Shown here: one piece after another, positions 13,401 through 27,900 of the stretch
How positions within the stretch are numbered: position 1 is the stretch's first letter
How the letters are laid out: every line of letters starts with the position of its first letter
NCBI GenBank assembly: GCA_964304625.1
Contig: OZ199838.1
Coordinates: 15,964,064 to 16,021,530 of the forward strand
Direction: 5' to 3'
From: Kudoa neothunni
Lineage: Eukaryota; Animalia; Cnidaria
Length of the DNA: 57,467 bases
Notes under the pieces: generated by a model
Databases searched by the model: none
Told to the model about the DNA's origin: nothing
The model's input: only the letters and a program-made list of their open reading frames with translations
Made by a program: the position numbers and the translations under genes

Positions 13401-16400
13401 CGAATACTGGTTTCATATCATGGAATATATATATATTGGACCTTATTTTAAATCTTTGATCAACATATCTGTCTATTCCATTAAACATGGTTTTGCAAAC
13501 ATTACCATCACAATTAAGATCAACATAAAAAGTATTCTTTTTTTTTTCTATAAATTGGTCTGATTTTTTTTCTAACGACGTGAGATCAATTTTCGCTCTA
13601 AAACTTTCAATAGATTGCACAACGTTCAAAGTAATCGAAATTTTAGTATCAACCCGTTCCGCGGAAAATTCGTAATTTCTTATTACTATAAATATGTCAA
13701 GAAGTAAGTAATACTATTAACATTAAGTTCAACTAATCTTACATTTTGTTATGATAATTTTGTTAGTTTTCATTACAAGATCTCCTGATATAATATCGAT
13801 ATCGTAACGACTACCACGTTTAACCCCATGTATTTCAAACGTAAACAAATCATTTTTCTTTGATATTCGTAGAGTTTCTGCTGAATTATTCAATATTTGT
13901 GGTTCTTCACTTATCTTAAGACTCCAATCAATCGCAATAATTTCATATGTCAGAATTAGCCGCAACACAACAATAATTTTAAACTTTTGATTCAGCTTCA
14001 TCAATTAAAGTGTGATCGAGAGCATAATCACTTTTAACTAATAATAGATTAGATTATTTTTGGCGAAAGCATTCTATAATACCTTTTTGAATGACTACAG
14101 TAAAATCATCATCGCATGGCGGTATTTTTATAACGATATTATGGTTTTTGGTGGGAGATATAGTGTGAGGTTTGAAATTGCATACATATTGTGTGCAGGT
14201 TACCTGCTCATGGTTTACGTTAAAAACTTCCTTATTATCAAAATCGGATTCAACGACTCTATAACTAATTCCTAATGTTTCAACAATTGACTTTTGAATA
14301 ATTTCTACTAAAATTTCGTTATTTAATTCACGTCGCTTTGTAACTTCAAAGTCACACGCCTCTAAAATATATATTAATTAGATTAAAGATTCATACATTG
14401 TTGTTTATATTAACAAATAGTTAATTGAACCTTTCATTATATTATATGGATCATAATCTTCGAGCAGATGAGAGGACAACTCTATCGAAAGATTGACATC
14501 AGTATTCAGATCTTCAATCTCGAAGGTGCATTCATTGTTTTTACACACAGCACCTATTTCTTTGCAATGTGACTCATGTATAATTTCTTTAGTAACAAAA
14601 ATTGTGTATTTAATATTCAGAGTAGAAATTTCGATTTGGGAAGATATTTTCAGCTGAATATTTAGCTTTTTGTTGATCCAACTATATTTGAACTCGTAAC
14701 TATACCTTCCTATAAATAAAAAATATATTTATTAAATTATTTAAATTTTTTTATAATATTCTAAATGATATAAAAATACCTTCACTTGTTTTTAGAATCA
14801 TGGTTTCTTCAGATCCTGGGAATGTGAATTTTTTTTCGCTTCCAATTGCACTCTCTTGAAGTGTACAGTAAAACTTTTGACCTGTAAATTCGATTGGAAT
14901 CGTGGAAGCAGAAATATCCGATGCCCCATTGTTTAAGGTTATATGAGAACCGGGTAGAACCGTGTAGCCATCCAAGTATAGTTTTATATTATCGCCAAAA
15001 AATTTAGAATATTGATAATAAAAAATTTTATTAAAATCTAAAGAAAAATTAAAACTGTAATCTATATAACTCGTTCACTCGTTCGGTAATATATTTCCAA
15101 TTTGTTTAGTTCTTGTGAAGATATTCTTATTAAGGCTGTATCCAATGATTTTTGCATGTTGGTTATTTCATAATCAAATGAACACATATAATTATGACAT
15201 TCAATAACCTCGTCGACATTATTTTCGAATATCATTTCATCATTTAAAAAATTATACGCTTCAATTTTTGTTAAATGGATAGTTTCAAGTGAGTGGGAGA
15301 GTATGATGTAAAATTTGATATTCCTGCCAGTAACCTTTACCCTTCCGTAAGCGTTATAGAATCCTATATAGAATTTAATTAATAGTTACAAATACAAATA
15401 AAATATAAGGAAAATATACGTGTAATTTTTATGTTAGAAGATATTTCATTTCCGATAGAATATTTTTTTATTGAGGTTTCTTGAACTAAACAACTTTTAG
15501 TTAAAATTACGCTTAAAAGGTTTTTATCTATAGAATTCTCTATAATATAACATTCTTTATCAATAATATTTCCGTTAAGTAGCATATTTGATTTGAGAAA
15601 TTCCTTATTTTTTTCAGTGGCAGATAATTTTAACACAGCTCTGTATTGATCATTTGAGTCTCTTTCTTCAAACAGGATCATTTGATTCTCATTAACTAAA
15701 GAGAATCAATAATGATTTCAATATTCAGATTCACAAAAATTTCTTAAAAGATATATATATTTTATAACGAATTATTGTTAATTGAAGTAAAGCACATATG
15801 CATGATAAGTACGCACTTTAACCCCGGGTGCAGTATGCGAATTTCTGCCTTATCCGAAATTATATTTACATATGGTTCGTCCCTTTATTAACATTGCCTA
15901 TATTCGAATAATTCGAATATACGGTGAAACATCGGAACTCGCACAAATCGGAGTTCGGCCAAAGAATTTGAGCCATTAACAAATCTGAGGTCGAACTCAT
16001 AGAGCAGTATTTCCCTACAAATTTTACGCCCATATCCCATCGTAATTTCCTCGTTCACTTCGCACCCCCTCCTCCATGTGAATGCCAAGACTCGTTTATA
16101 CTTTTTATTTAAATGTAAAAATTAAAATCTCTTAAAATTATAATCTATATTATTTTAGTTTATATTTCAACTTAAACATTTTCTCAGTTACATCTATAAT
16201 AAATTAATACCAAAATGTTTTGGTTAACTTAATTTGCTATGTTTAATTGAAAAATGATGAACACTATCTTTTCACTCCTCAAAGTCTAACATTTAATGAA
16301 TGGAGCTATTGTTCATTCCTGCTTATATATATCCTTTTTATGTAAAGTAAAAAAATTCTATTAAATCACGTTATTATAATTATTCCAAAATATTAGACTT

Positions 16401-19400
16401 AAAAAATGTATATAAACGAAATTCTAAATTATAAAAAGTATGGTCGCTTAAATAAGTTCTATACTCAAAGGTGAAAATTAAATGAGCCAAATAAAAATCG
16501 TCAATTCGTATATTTCACAAGAAACATTCTTTCAAAATCAATTTTAATTTAGTATTTATTTGATCAGACAATTCTCTTGCTCTCCTTGAGTTTTCATAAG
16601 TAATTCAAAGCTGGACATTTTGTTCGATTATGGAACATGAAAATCATTTTTGGGGTTTAATGAATTCTGATATTTATTATTTGTATAAAATGAAGTTGAT
16701 AAGCTTGTATCATATACTATCCTGTGCTGAATAAATCTAGCGACCTCATTATTCTATATTGAGTCATATGTTAACTTAAATTCCATAGATTCAAAAAATA
16801 TGTTTTCTGAATATACTTTAAAAAATCTAATATATATTGTTAAAATTGGCATTTATTTACATGTATAAATGAAGGCACTGATCCTTGTTATACCAATACG
16901 TTAAAGAACAATTTAACTTATATTAATATAAGAGGAAAAATAAAAATTTGAAAGCAAAACTTAAAATGTAACATTATAAAGCATGTACAATTAAATGATG
17001 GATCTCAAATTTTGACAAAATTTAAACCACATCGTGGTTTTATTTTCATGGACAGAGAATATTTATAAGCAGATAAAAATGCTGAGAACTTAATTACAAC
17101 TAAAGCATATATATATGTTATTTTGAAAGATAACGAATCTATAATTTTACATAAAAATAGCGATAGTTAGATTTTGTAGGTTAAACAGGCTTAGTATAAA
17201 CTACAACCATACTGCGCTATTTCGTAGAAGGAATTAAAATAAATTATCATATCCCAATTTTGAATCAAAACAACCAGAGTTATTGTATACATTACGTTCT
17301 TACATGATTTAAACGGGGACTAATGAAAATTACGCTTTGAAAAATTAAGATTTTTGATTTTTGAGTCAACGATAGTTGTTATAATAAACATTAAGAACTA
17401 ATTTTTTTCGTAAAATCAATGACCAACTATTTTAAACGAAAACGTAAAATTCAAATGAAAAAAATATATTTTCATTAAAGAAAATTAGAGGTGTGAGCCT
17501 TTTCAGAATTTTGAGGAATTCGATTTCTTGCCAATAGACAGTCCTACATTGTTTGATATGCTAGCATGATAATACCGACTACATAAATTATTTTTGGATA
17601 GTCCAAAGCGGAGAATGAGTTATTCATAGGAATATGCATTTTTAAGGTAAACAATATTTGTTCAATTTAATAATTAATATCATAAAATAGTATAATCAAT
17701 TTTGATTATCATGAAAAAAAATTCTTACTTGTGAATTTCTTTCTTAATGGGGTCATTTCGTTCGAGTGTATTAGTAATGTGGCTGGATATTCACAAACAT
17801 CGTCGAGTATTATCGTATCAACACATTTTCTGTTTTTACACAAAATGTGTTTATTTTGGCTTTTGTAACACTGGTTTTGAAACTTGTCATATAATGATTC
17901 GTTTAAATTTATATGTTGAAGTGGTTGGCTGATACTATACACAATTCGGTGGTGGTTAATTTTTTTCGTTTTAAAGAAATCAACATCAATTATCATTGGA
18001 ACTATAATTGGAAATACGTAAGAAAATTACACTATAATTGTATTAGTTACCTTTATTGATTTTTATACGGCGATTAAGAAAAACGAACGAAAATTGATAT
18101 CCGGTTGTATTGACTTCGGTAATTTTTTTGGGAGTTGCATTACAAGAATTATTCTCACAAGTTATTTCAAGGTCAAACACAGCATTATTAATTTTACGGA
18201 CGTCATTCTCATAATAAATGGCATCCACGGGACAACTAATCCTGTGTTTACTAGTTAAGAACATACTTATAGTTCCATGAAAATAAATTGTGTCGTTTAT
18301 TATGATTGCGTTGAATAATTTTGGAACAATATTTCCGAGAACTAAAAAAATATCAGAAATTAATAAACATTGAAATCTATCGTACGTTTCATTTCAATCT
18401 GATAATGCCTGGTTGGAATCATCAAAAGAATCGTATTATTTGAATCGATTGAATAAATGACTGTTATTGAAGGGCAATTTTGTTCTTTTATATCACCATA
18501 TAATATAAAAGGAGTATTTTTTCTCTTGATGTTTTTTGCCTTTGGTGAGGTCTCAGACGATTGAATCTTAGAATTGACCAATGTGTATGTACACTGACCA
18601 GATGCACTCAGACTGATGCTTTTCTGTTGATAGAAATATGCCAATTCATAATCTTTATTGTTCGAAAATATACCTAAAAATAGAATTAATTACTTTCAAA
18701 CCTAGTTAAGGGGGGATATGCATCTCCTATTTTTCACCCTTTACACATGTTCGACAATCCCGATTTTATTAAATCAATTATTCACCACTTAAACTTTTGG
18801 TCGAATAACAATTAGCCCCATAATTCACTTAAAAATTTTTGCTAAAATTCATGTTCGACTACAAACGGTGAATGTGCATGTTAATATTCATGGTAGTTTT
18901 GTTCTATTTTCCACATGAATTTAACATATTAGCCATGATTAAGCATGGTTTTGCGTTGTTCTAAATTTCTAATATGTTTTTACCACCATTATTTAAATAA
19001 AATGTTATTCTTTCTGTCGACTTTAATAGAAAATATTTTCGTGTTAACTGCGTCACGTTGATTCTGCCTATTTCATAGAAACGCACTAAGAAGAAACTTT
19101 GAATTGATATCTTTTTAATTTTGGATTTTACCAAAAATTAATTAATTAATTAATGTATATGTATAATTTATTTTATGAACTCCGAATAATTAATGTATTC
19201 ATTATTTGTATCAAAACATAAATAACACATTTTTATATTTTCAGGGTAGTTTTCATTTTAGTTAATACAACATTTAACGAAACCTCATTATGGTGTTTAT
19301 CTGTGGCCAGCACCAATTTTACAGCATTTTACGTTGCAACGAGAAACTAATAAATTTGTTAATTGTCAAAAAACTTATCCGAATTCCAACAAGATGCAGA

Positions 19401-21935
19401 AATTACGGAAGACAACATTTTTTTAAAGTGAAAGTTATTAAAAGAAAAGTAAGTAAAACAGTCTGCGACAATTAAATTGCAGAAGCTTTTGTGAATTAGG
19501 CGTGGTAAAAATAAAATAAAAACTGACTTTTATTGATTCATCGATTTAGAATATTCATAATTTTGATTGAAACTAAAAAATAATAAAGCACTCTATTGAC
19601 GCGTAAAAATTAATTGTATAATGGTAAAGTATGTGACTCCAAAAAACACCATCTAAAGTCAATTTTTTTTTTAATTTTTTCTTTTAAGATTATCAATAAT
19701 AAATCAAAAGAATATTGAGCTCAAATAAATTACTTCTAAATTTTCTCCTAATTCAGATTCGAATACAGTTGGATACACTAGTAATCCATATCGTTTTGCA
19801 ATAAACACAAAAAGGTAGATGATTATTTGCTTATTGTATCCTAATTAGTATACTACATCCATTATTTAAATTTTCTTAATATTTACGTATCAAATTTAGC
19901 TTAGTAAACCTTCTTAATAATCTTGTCTAATATTAAGGAGTAATGTGTCATCTATCTTTATTATTAAATGTCAAATTAACTTTTAAACTATTTGAAAACT
20001 TCATTAAATACTTATTTTAGTTTACAAATTTTTAATAGTACATTATTATTAATGAAGTAATCTCTATACATCGATTATAGTAATCGTACATTGATATTTT
20101 TGGTTATAAAATTGAAGAAAGTCATATATTAATAATATTTCAATACATATTTTATTTATCTGAAGATATTAAATAAAGAATTATTATAATAATAATAATA
20201 ATCTAAAATATTGTCTACATTTTTTAAATACGACATAAAATATGAAATTTATATACATTTCAAATTTTATTTATTAGGACAAAAATATTTGTTTTAATTA
20301 AATAGTTCATTATTTTTATAATATATAATTAAGCTTTGAAATGAAATAATTATAATTTTAATATAGAATCTTCTAAACGAATATATATTTTATCTTTGTT
20401 TTCTTGTTGTTTGAACTAACGGAAGCCATATTAGCGAAAAAAGTACGGTTTCAAGGGGAAACACTAGTTTTACATCTTAACTACCTCAAGTTGTTGTTCC
20501 GCAGATGATAAGAAATTTTTATAGCTGTAGGTGAAGGCATAATCAATGTGATTTCTCTCAAGGCATGAAGTTTCTGTCATTGGTCTCCTTACATTTAATT
20601 TTTTCTTTTTTAAAGTAAAGATTTCGAAATTCCAACAATTAAAATTCCACCTTTTTGCAGCAGCATTAAGATAACCCTTTGTTATCAATATGTAAAATAA
20701 CCGATCATGATCATAAATTAAATAGAAAAAGTCATCGTTCCCTCTAAACTTAAAAACTATATTATCGCGATTTTCACGTGGTAAATAAACAAAAAAATTT
20801 AATATAGCTTTTATTAAAAATAATATAAAATAACAATTTTCGATAATTTCCAAAATAAATAAATAATCAGCTGTTTTTCAGTGTTTATTGCAAACTATGT
20901 GGGTTACAGTTGTACCTGGTAGTAGTTGAATAGGAATTAGGAAAAAATTAGAAAAAACTGACCTTAGATGGTGTTTTTGGAACCACATATTTAACCATTA
21001 CCATTTTTCGTATATTTATTGCTTCAGTGTAATTATTTCATCTGTTTCTTACCATATTATAGATTGCAACATTTTTTTATTGGAAATTATAGATACTAAT
21101 ATCTATATTAATTTATTATTGCGGTCAAATTTACGTTACGGCTGTACACTTGAAGAAAACCTGATTTTCTTAAAGTTATCTTGTAGGTGTAAAAATTTTA
21201 CTTCACGTTTTCTCCATCAGAGCTGATTCCTGTATTAATGTGAGTCTGATAGGTGACTCACAAAGTTATAGACTCTCTTACACCCTTTTATCTATTTCGA
21301 TAATGGTCGCCAAAATAACAAATATAACAAATGAACTAAATATAACAGTATCTCAACTTCTCACTAAACATTTGGAAGAGAACTCGTCTGACATAAATAA
21401 TTAATTTAATCTATTTCTGTATAGTTACTTAATGAGTTTTTTTCGTACGACTTTAAGGACTCTTCTAATTGATTAAACGAGTTAAATATTCCCTCGACTT
21501 AAAAGATATTATTCTCAGCACTGCCTTCTATTATTTTTTATTCGCGCATATTATAATTTCATGAAAAAATTCACATAAATGCGTCGAAATAATTAATCAT
21601 CTATAATCATTAATATTAATTATAAATATAATTCATATTTATAAGTATAACAAGTTTTGTAAATTTATTTTCATAACACTATTACATCCTTTTCAGAGTT
21701 ATCCGTTTTAAAGTACCATAAAAAGTCAGTTAAATATCATTAAACCAAAGTCTTATATACTAAATTTCTTTTTAACGAACAAGCAAATGTATTTGTGTAT
21801 ATATCCATAATGTGTACTTATAATAGATTTGATTTATTTGGGTCGATTTGAGGATGAATCAACGAATTAGAAATCTAACCAGTTGGGAAATAGTCACTAG
21901 TTTCAGTATAACATCAAAAATTATTTTAATGATCG

Positions 21936-21972
<37 letters not shown>

Positions 21973-24900
21973 TATTTTATATTTTTAAATCACTAACTTT
22001 TGTTAAACCCAGCCTAAAGACTGATCTTTATCGTAAAATTAATATATTAAATTTTACATGAAAATATAATATTTAATAGACAAAAATATGTTTAAGTGTT
22101 AACGGAAATTATAGGTCAACGCATACTGAGAATCAGGAGAAATTCGTTTTCGTGGCAATAGATAGCCTCGACATGAGATTATACGTTGGCATGGTAATAG
22201 CCAATGCCTTAAGACCAAAGTACAGTCACATTAAACCGATCGAAATCTCAACACTACATCAAGTGTAATCTTACCGCATATCAACCACATTACAAAGTCA
22301 TATGAAAAACATGCAGGACTGGAAGTCGCATTGATGATGAGAAATAATTTTCATTGATTTACAATAGTGTAACAATGCTATTAAAAAGAATTTAATGATT
22401 TTTTTATTTTAAAGTGTTGGAATTATATAAAACGCGCACAAGTAATTCTATATTTAGTTTTAAAACATGTTGTATGGATCTCATGGAATTATTTTCTGAA
22501 TAATACGTGACCTTTGTGGCATTCTCAACAAAAAAGTTCCCGACCCTGGACTATACCCTTTGTATTAACCCTCACACTTACTTACGCGTGGTGATTTTAG
22601 CCTCGTATGGTCCGACATTGCAAATAACAAATGTAATGGAATTTACTCAGATAATTTGAAGGCATGGTCTGTTGGAATTTTCCATTAAACTCAGCCTTGT
22701 TATCTATGGTGACAGTCATCTCTCCGTCTATTATTTCGGTTTGTATTTTTATGTCGCCACAGTCTAAATCGAATTCATTTTGCAACGGTTCGCATCTAAA
22801 AGGATCCCATAATTCGGTTTTTTCACGGCCATTAATAGCAGTGCAGACGCAAGTGATTTCATGATCGAAATTTGATGTGATTTCAAATTCACGTTTATTT
22901 TTTTCAAAATAAATCGATCGGAATAGTTTTAATTGATGTTCTAAAAATCGATTATTAATATCAACAATAAATCAAACCGTAGAATATAACAAATACTAGA
23001 TTGGTATATTTTGCATGAAAATTTTGTTCCATTCTCTACCATGCAAAGTCGTATTATCTCATTTGGATGGACAATGTAAGTGGCAGTGCAGACTTTTGTT
23101 GTTATGGTAGGATCATCGCCATTATTGCAATCTAGTTTTTGGTTCAGCTCAACTTTTTCTCGAAAGCTTCCATTATTAAACTTTAAATATTTAATATATT
23201 TGGATTGGCATTGATTTGAGATTTCGCAGGTGATTTTTATTTCAGTTTTGAACTTGTCGGTTTCTGCTGTTGTGACCGTTATACCATCCTAATTAATGTG
23301 ATTGTTTATGATTTGGTGTGAGCGTCGAAAATAATTTAATCATCTTTTTTAATCAATAATAAAAATAATATATATTCACGTACAATTGACTTTACATAGA
23401 GTGAAATTTAATAACTACATACGTAGCAATATTTTTGGTCAGAATTTAGTTTAATATTTAATGTTACAAAATTAGTATTTATTAAATAGAGTTATTAAAA
23501 ACTTACAAACTCTTTTTCGGGGTAATAATGAATTATAAACTGAGCCTTTCCTTCCTGTGATATGACCAATTGATATTCGGCACTCAACTCAGGTTTAAGG
23601 GCAATATATTGGACATTATCCACAGTGATTTCTTTTAGATTCGATGAATTCACTTCTGTAATCATGCCATCTTCCTGTTTTAAGTACCATTTATAGTTTG
23701 TAGTGTTTTTATTCCGTTTCTTATATATGTTTGAAAAATAAACATAATCACCCGAAGATTTAAGTAAAAAATCTTTTTCAGTTGAGTCTAACAATAACTG
23801 CATTACTAAAACATATTCCAACGTAAATACCTAAAGTAATCATTCTGTTTTGGTTCTCATTTTCTAGTCTCAAAAGAATATAGTTTAATTTATTTTCCGT
23901 TATATCATCATGGTTAGATTCAGCAATAATTTCGTCACAATTTTTTTTCTCTCCACTTGGATTTTTATTTTCAGCAATGAGTTTGTCAATTTTATCTTGA
24001 GAATCATATCCGAGTTGATAATAACATTTAAATCCAAATATGGGGGAATTTCGAAGATAAAATTTTATTTTTTCATTTTCCCATTCATAATCATAATTGA
24101 AGGAAAATGGAACTATAAAAAGTATAAACTTATCGACTACAAAACTGCGTAACTACCTGACTTCACACGGTATGATTCTTCATTTTGATCAATTGATATA
24201 GTGAAGTCGTATTCCGTGGAAACATCATTGGGAATATTTATATCATTACAAAACATGACATCCCTACAAAAATAAATCTCAGTCATAAATATGTATTTAC
24301 TATTATTTACTCAGTTGATGGTGTAGTATTAACACGAATATCGCACATAACATCATATGTATCTTGATATTTGTTTTGAATAAAGATCTTTTTGTTTTGA
24401 TAACGAATCCCAGTAACAACATCACGATTCACTATAATAATTATTAACTTAGTTATGAATTTATATCAATATAGCATAAATTGGTCTATTAAAATACATA
24501 AATATTTTATAATTCAACGTTGTTGAGGTATATTTTACATACATATATTGCAATGCGTAAAAATATTTTATTTTTGTTAGTGTTTTACAAATTAAAATTA
24601 TTTCATAATTAAATTGAACGATTTAAAAGCCATTGAGGATTCACGGGCCTGTAATAATTGCAAAGGACTTCACAAATTTTTGGAGATACAATCCTATAGC
24701 ATTAATACGTTCAACTTATCAGTAAATATTTTAATTGATACTCTTACTCCTTGGTCTGAAAAAATAAATTAATAGAAACAAACGAAAATTGTACATAAAG
24801 GATTATTGATTCGATAAAAAATGAGTTTATATTTAAGGGCGATAATTTTATCAAAGACCATAAATTCATCATTGGCTTTGTTCCATTTGAATCTTGAAAC

Positions 24901-27900
24901 AATTTGATATTTAAATGTGAAAATTTGTGTGATACCATAAATGAAGAAATTAATAGGGCAATACTCAAAAATTTTAAGGAAATTTTTCAAACGATGAAAT
25001 ATTTTGATCCATACACTCCAATTACTATTGCTAATTTAATTATTGATTACTTCTATTACTTTTCAGAAGGACAAGAGAAGATTGAGGCTAACAACGAGTA
25101 CTACACTTACGTAAAATGATAAAAAATTCAACCTGACGCTCGAATATTGATTCCTAAAATAATGTGTGGAATGCTTATCCTACTCATTATTGACTGACGA
25201 GGTATATTGATACTACCATTTATCTCCAGTAGCGCTGAAGGGTATTTCTCAAGATTGCAAATATATTTGGAAAAGAAAGGATCAATCTTTGTTATGGGCC
25301 CCTAACAATGCTCTAAATACTCGATTTTAATGGTCGATTATAAATATAATTAAAATTCTACAATCTATTTGTTGTAAATTATAATTTTTTTTCTAAAATA
25401 AATGTAGATAAAAATTTAATTTGAATCTTTTATCTATGTAAAAGTCGATTTAAATTTTTTTTATTCATTTCAGTGGATAAAGACCCTCGATTTGGGAATA
25501 AATGGACGTCAAAAATTGCATGCCTTCGTTAATATTTTTCTTTGGTGATTTCTTGCACCTTAAAATTGTGATAAAAATTGGCATTAATATTATATCGAAA
25601 ATTATCCTGTATGTGGTCGTTGACACGAAATATCTTTTAATGAGAATTAAATAGCAGTTTCACATAATTGACAATTATACTAAAACAATAAATGGCGATC
25701 CTTATCATTAAAATCCATTATAAAAATTGAACCACCAAATAAATGTAAAATTAATCATTTAAATAAAAATTACATCTTAAACTAATTTATTTACAATCAT
25801 TGTCGCTAACGAACCACATTAACACAAACAGATGCATGTGTTCTTAATTAACGTATTGTATTTATCTATAATTTTTTTTATATATAAATCAACCCAACAA
25901 GATTCGAAAAACACTTATATATTAGCATAAATATTAATTTATTGAAGAAAAATATTAACCAATGTGTGTATTTTTGTTCAAATTATAGGTAAAAAATCGT
26001 TTGATTTATTTTCTTTTGATACTTTATTTATAAATAGTTATTTTATTAATATATGTATTTATAAGATTAAAATTTTAAAAAGGGCGTTATTTTAGTAGTC
26101 ATTCCCAACCGTTGCAATAGCTACTGTCAGTTATTATCAGCCACACTCAAGAATTAATTGTAAAATATTGTACTATTAAATAATTCATTACTCTATTGCA
26201 TAAAATTAAAAAATTATTTAAAATAAATTTTTATGTAGTTGAAAATATAGTCGCACATGAAAGTAATTGAATTTTCACTCTCATTTGCCGTAACATAAAA
26301 ATTGATAAATAATAATTCAAGTGAAAATATATTGAGTGAAATATTGCTTCTAGCCTGACGACATTACGATGTGTTTTAAGCGTCCCCGAAACACAATTTA
26401 ATTTTCAATAAAAGCATCAATAACAGACAAACCCCTCCGGTAATGAGTTGGATCATTTGAGACTACAATAAATTTATTTTTCGTCTAATTCTTCACATAT
26501 AGTAAGCTATTTCTAGCTATTCACTTATATCTTTTATAATGCTTGAATAATATTTTTGGCACAATTTAACTTTATGTGAATAAAATCGAATAGAATTATA
26601 TGTATTTTACAATAGGATGTGAGTAATGTTTAACATCGTTATGCAACTTTGGTATAACTTTCATTTATTTTTAGTTACATAGATTTTTGTTTCTTTAAAA
26701 AAGTGATGTGTTTTTATTTAAGCCCGAAATAAAAATGAGGTGAATCATTAAAGCATTAGTTCACAATATTCATTTAAAAAATAAATGAACAGGAGAAATA
26801 ATCGCGTCTCAACGACCTTCTATTTCGTTTATTCTTTCAAAAATAATATTAAAATGTTAGAACAGTTTTTATATATTTAAAAACAAATTAATACTAATTT
26901 TAATGAATTTTTAACAAGAGTACTTATTCAAAACGTTGAATAAACGTCATTTTAACCCTCGAAGGACCGTGCTAAAATACTTATGTATGTTCTCATGGAG
27001 GTTGCTCAGCGACAAAAGAATTTGTTAAAAATATCGTAACCATGTCGAGATACATTACCAATTAATTGTATCCAAACAAAACTTCAAATGATGGATGTAA
27101 TAAATATAACTATTTCGGTTTTGTTTCTAACTGAACATGACATAATAGAAATTTATACGGCACTTTTGATATCAATATTAGGCTGTTAGGCCATGTCACT
27201 ATCAAGAGAGAACCCCGGTGAAGTTTTGAAATGCAACGTTGAATTACATTAAGATATGTTTACAACAAATCTTGAAAAATAAAGAATAATGTTGAGTCTA
27301 AATAAGTGACGGTGGATTTAATTGAATGATGAGCGAAGATATTTTTTATCAGAATATAAATATGATTCCAAGCTTATTTCTTTCAACCTGGGTTTAAAAG
27401 TTTCAATAGTTATAAGGAAATGACCAGCTTGATTTCACTATAAATTAAAAAAATTAAAATATTAACATATATGTTTACTTATTCGTTTTATGGAATAGAG
27501 AATTGTTGAAATTTGACGATATCATGGCACAGAAATAATGTGACTAATTTTAATCTATTTAATTACTAGCGCAAACCCCGGCGTAGGCGAAGGTCTATAT
27601 TTAACAAATAACTAAGTGTGTACAGAAAGCGCAAGATCAGGTTTACGCGGGGTCCTTTCCCGGATTGGTTTAATATAAGAAGATAATTTTATATTTAATA
27701 AGTTAAAAGTGGCTAAAATACAGGATATATAATTTTTTATTTATCTTGTTTTAAAGGAAGCTTATTTTATTTTACAAAAGGAAAAATTTAACTTTGTCAT
27801 GTGATTCAGCATTTCGGTGTCGTTGCCCTTGAATAATTTATATATTTAGATTTTCTATTTAATTTGTTCATTTTTAGACCAACTCTCGAAGAAAACTCAT

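Noticed and set aside
20470-20853. 127-aa minus-strand ORF as an extra exon or nested gene
   Set aside because: It lies inside a TIR element, is absent from paralog B, and has no recognisable motif.
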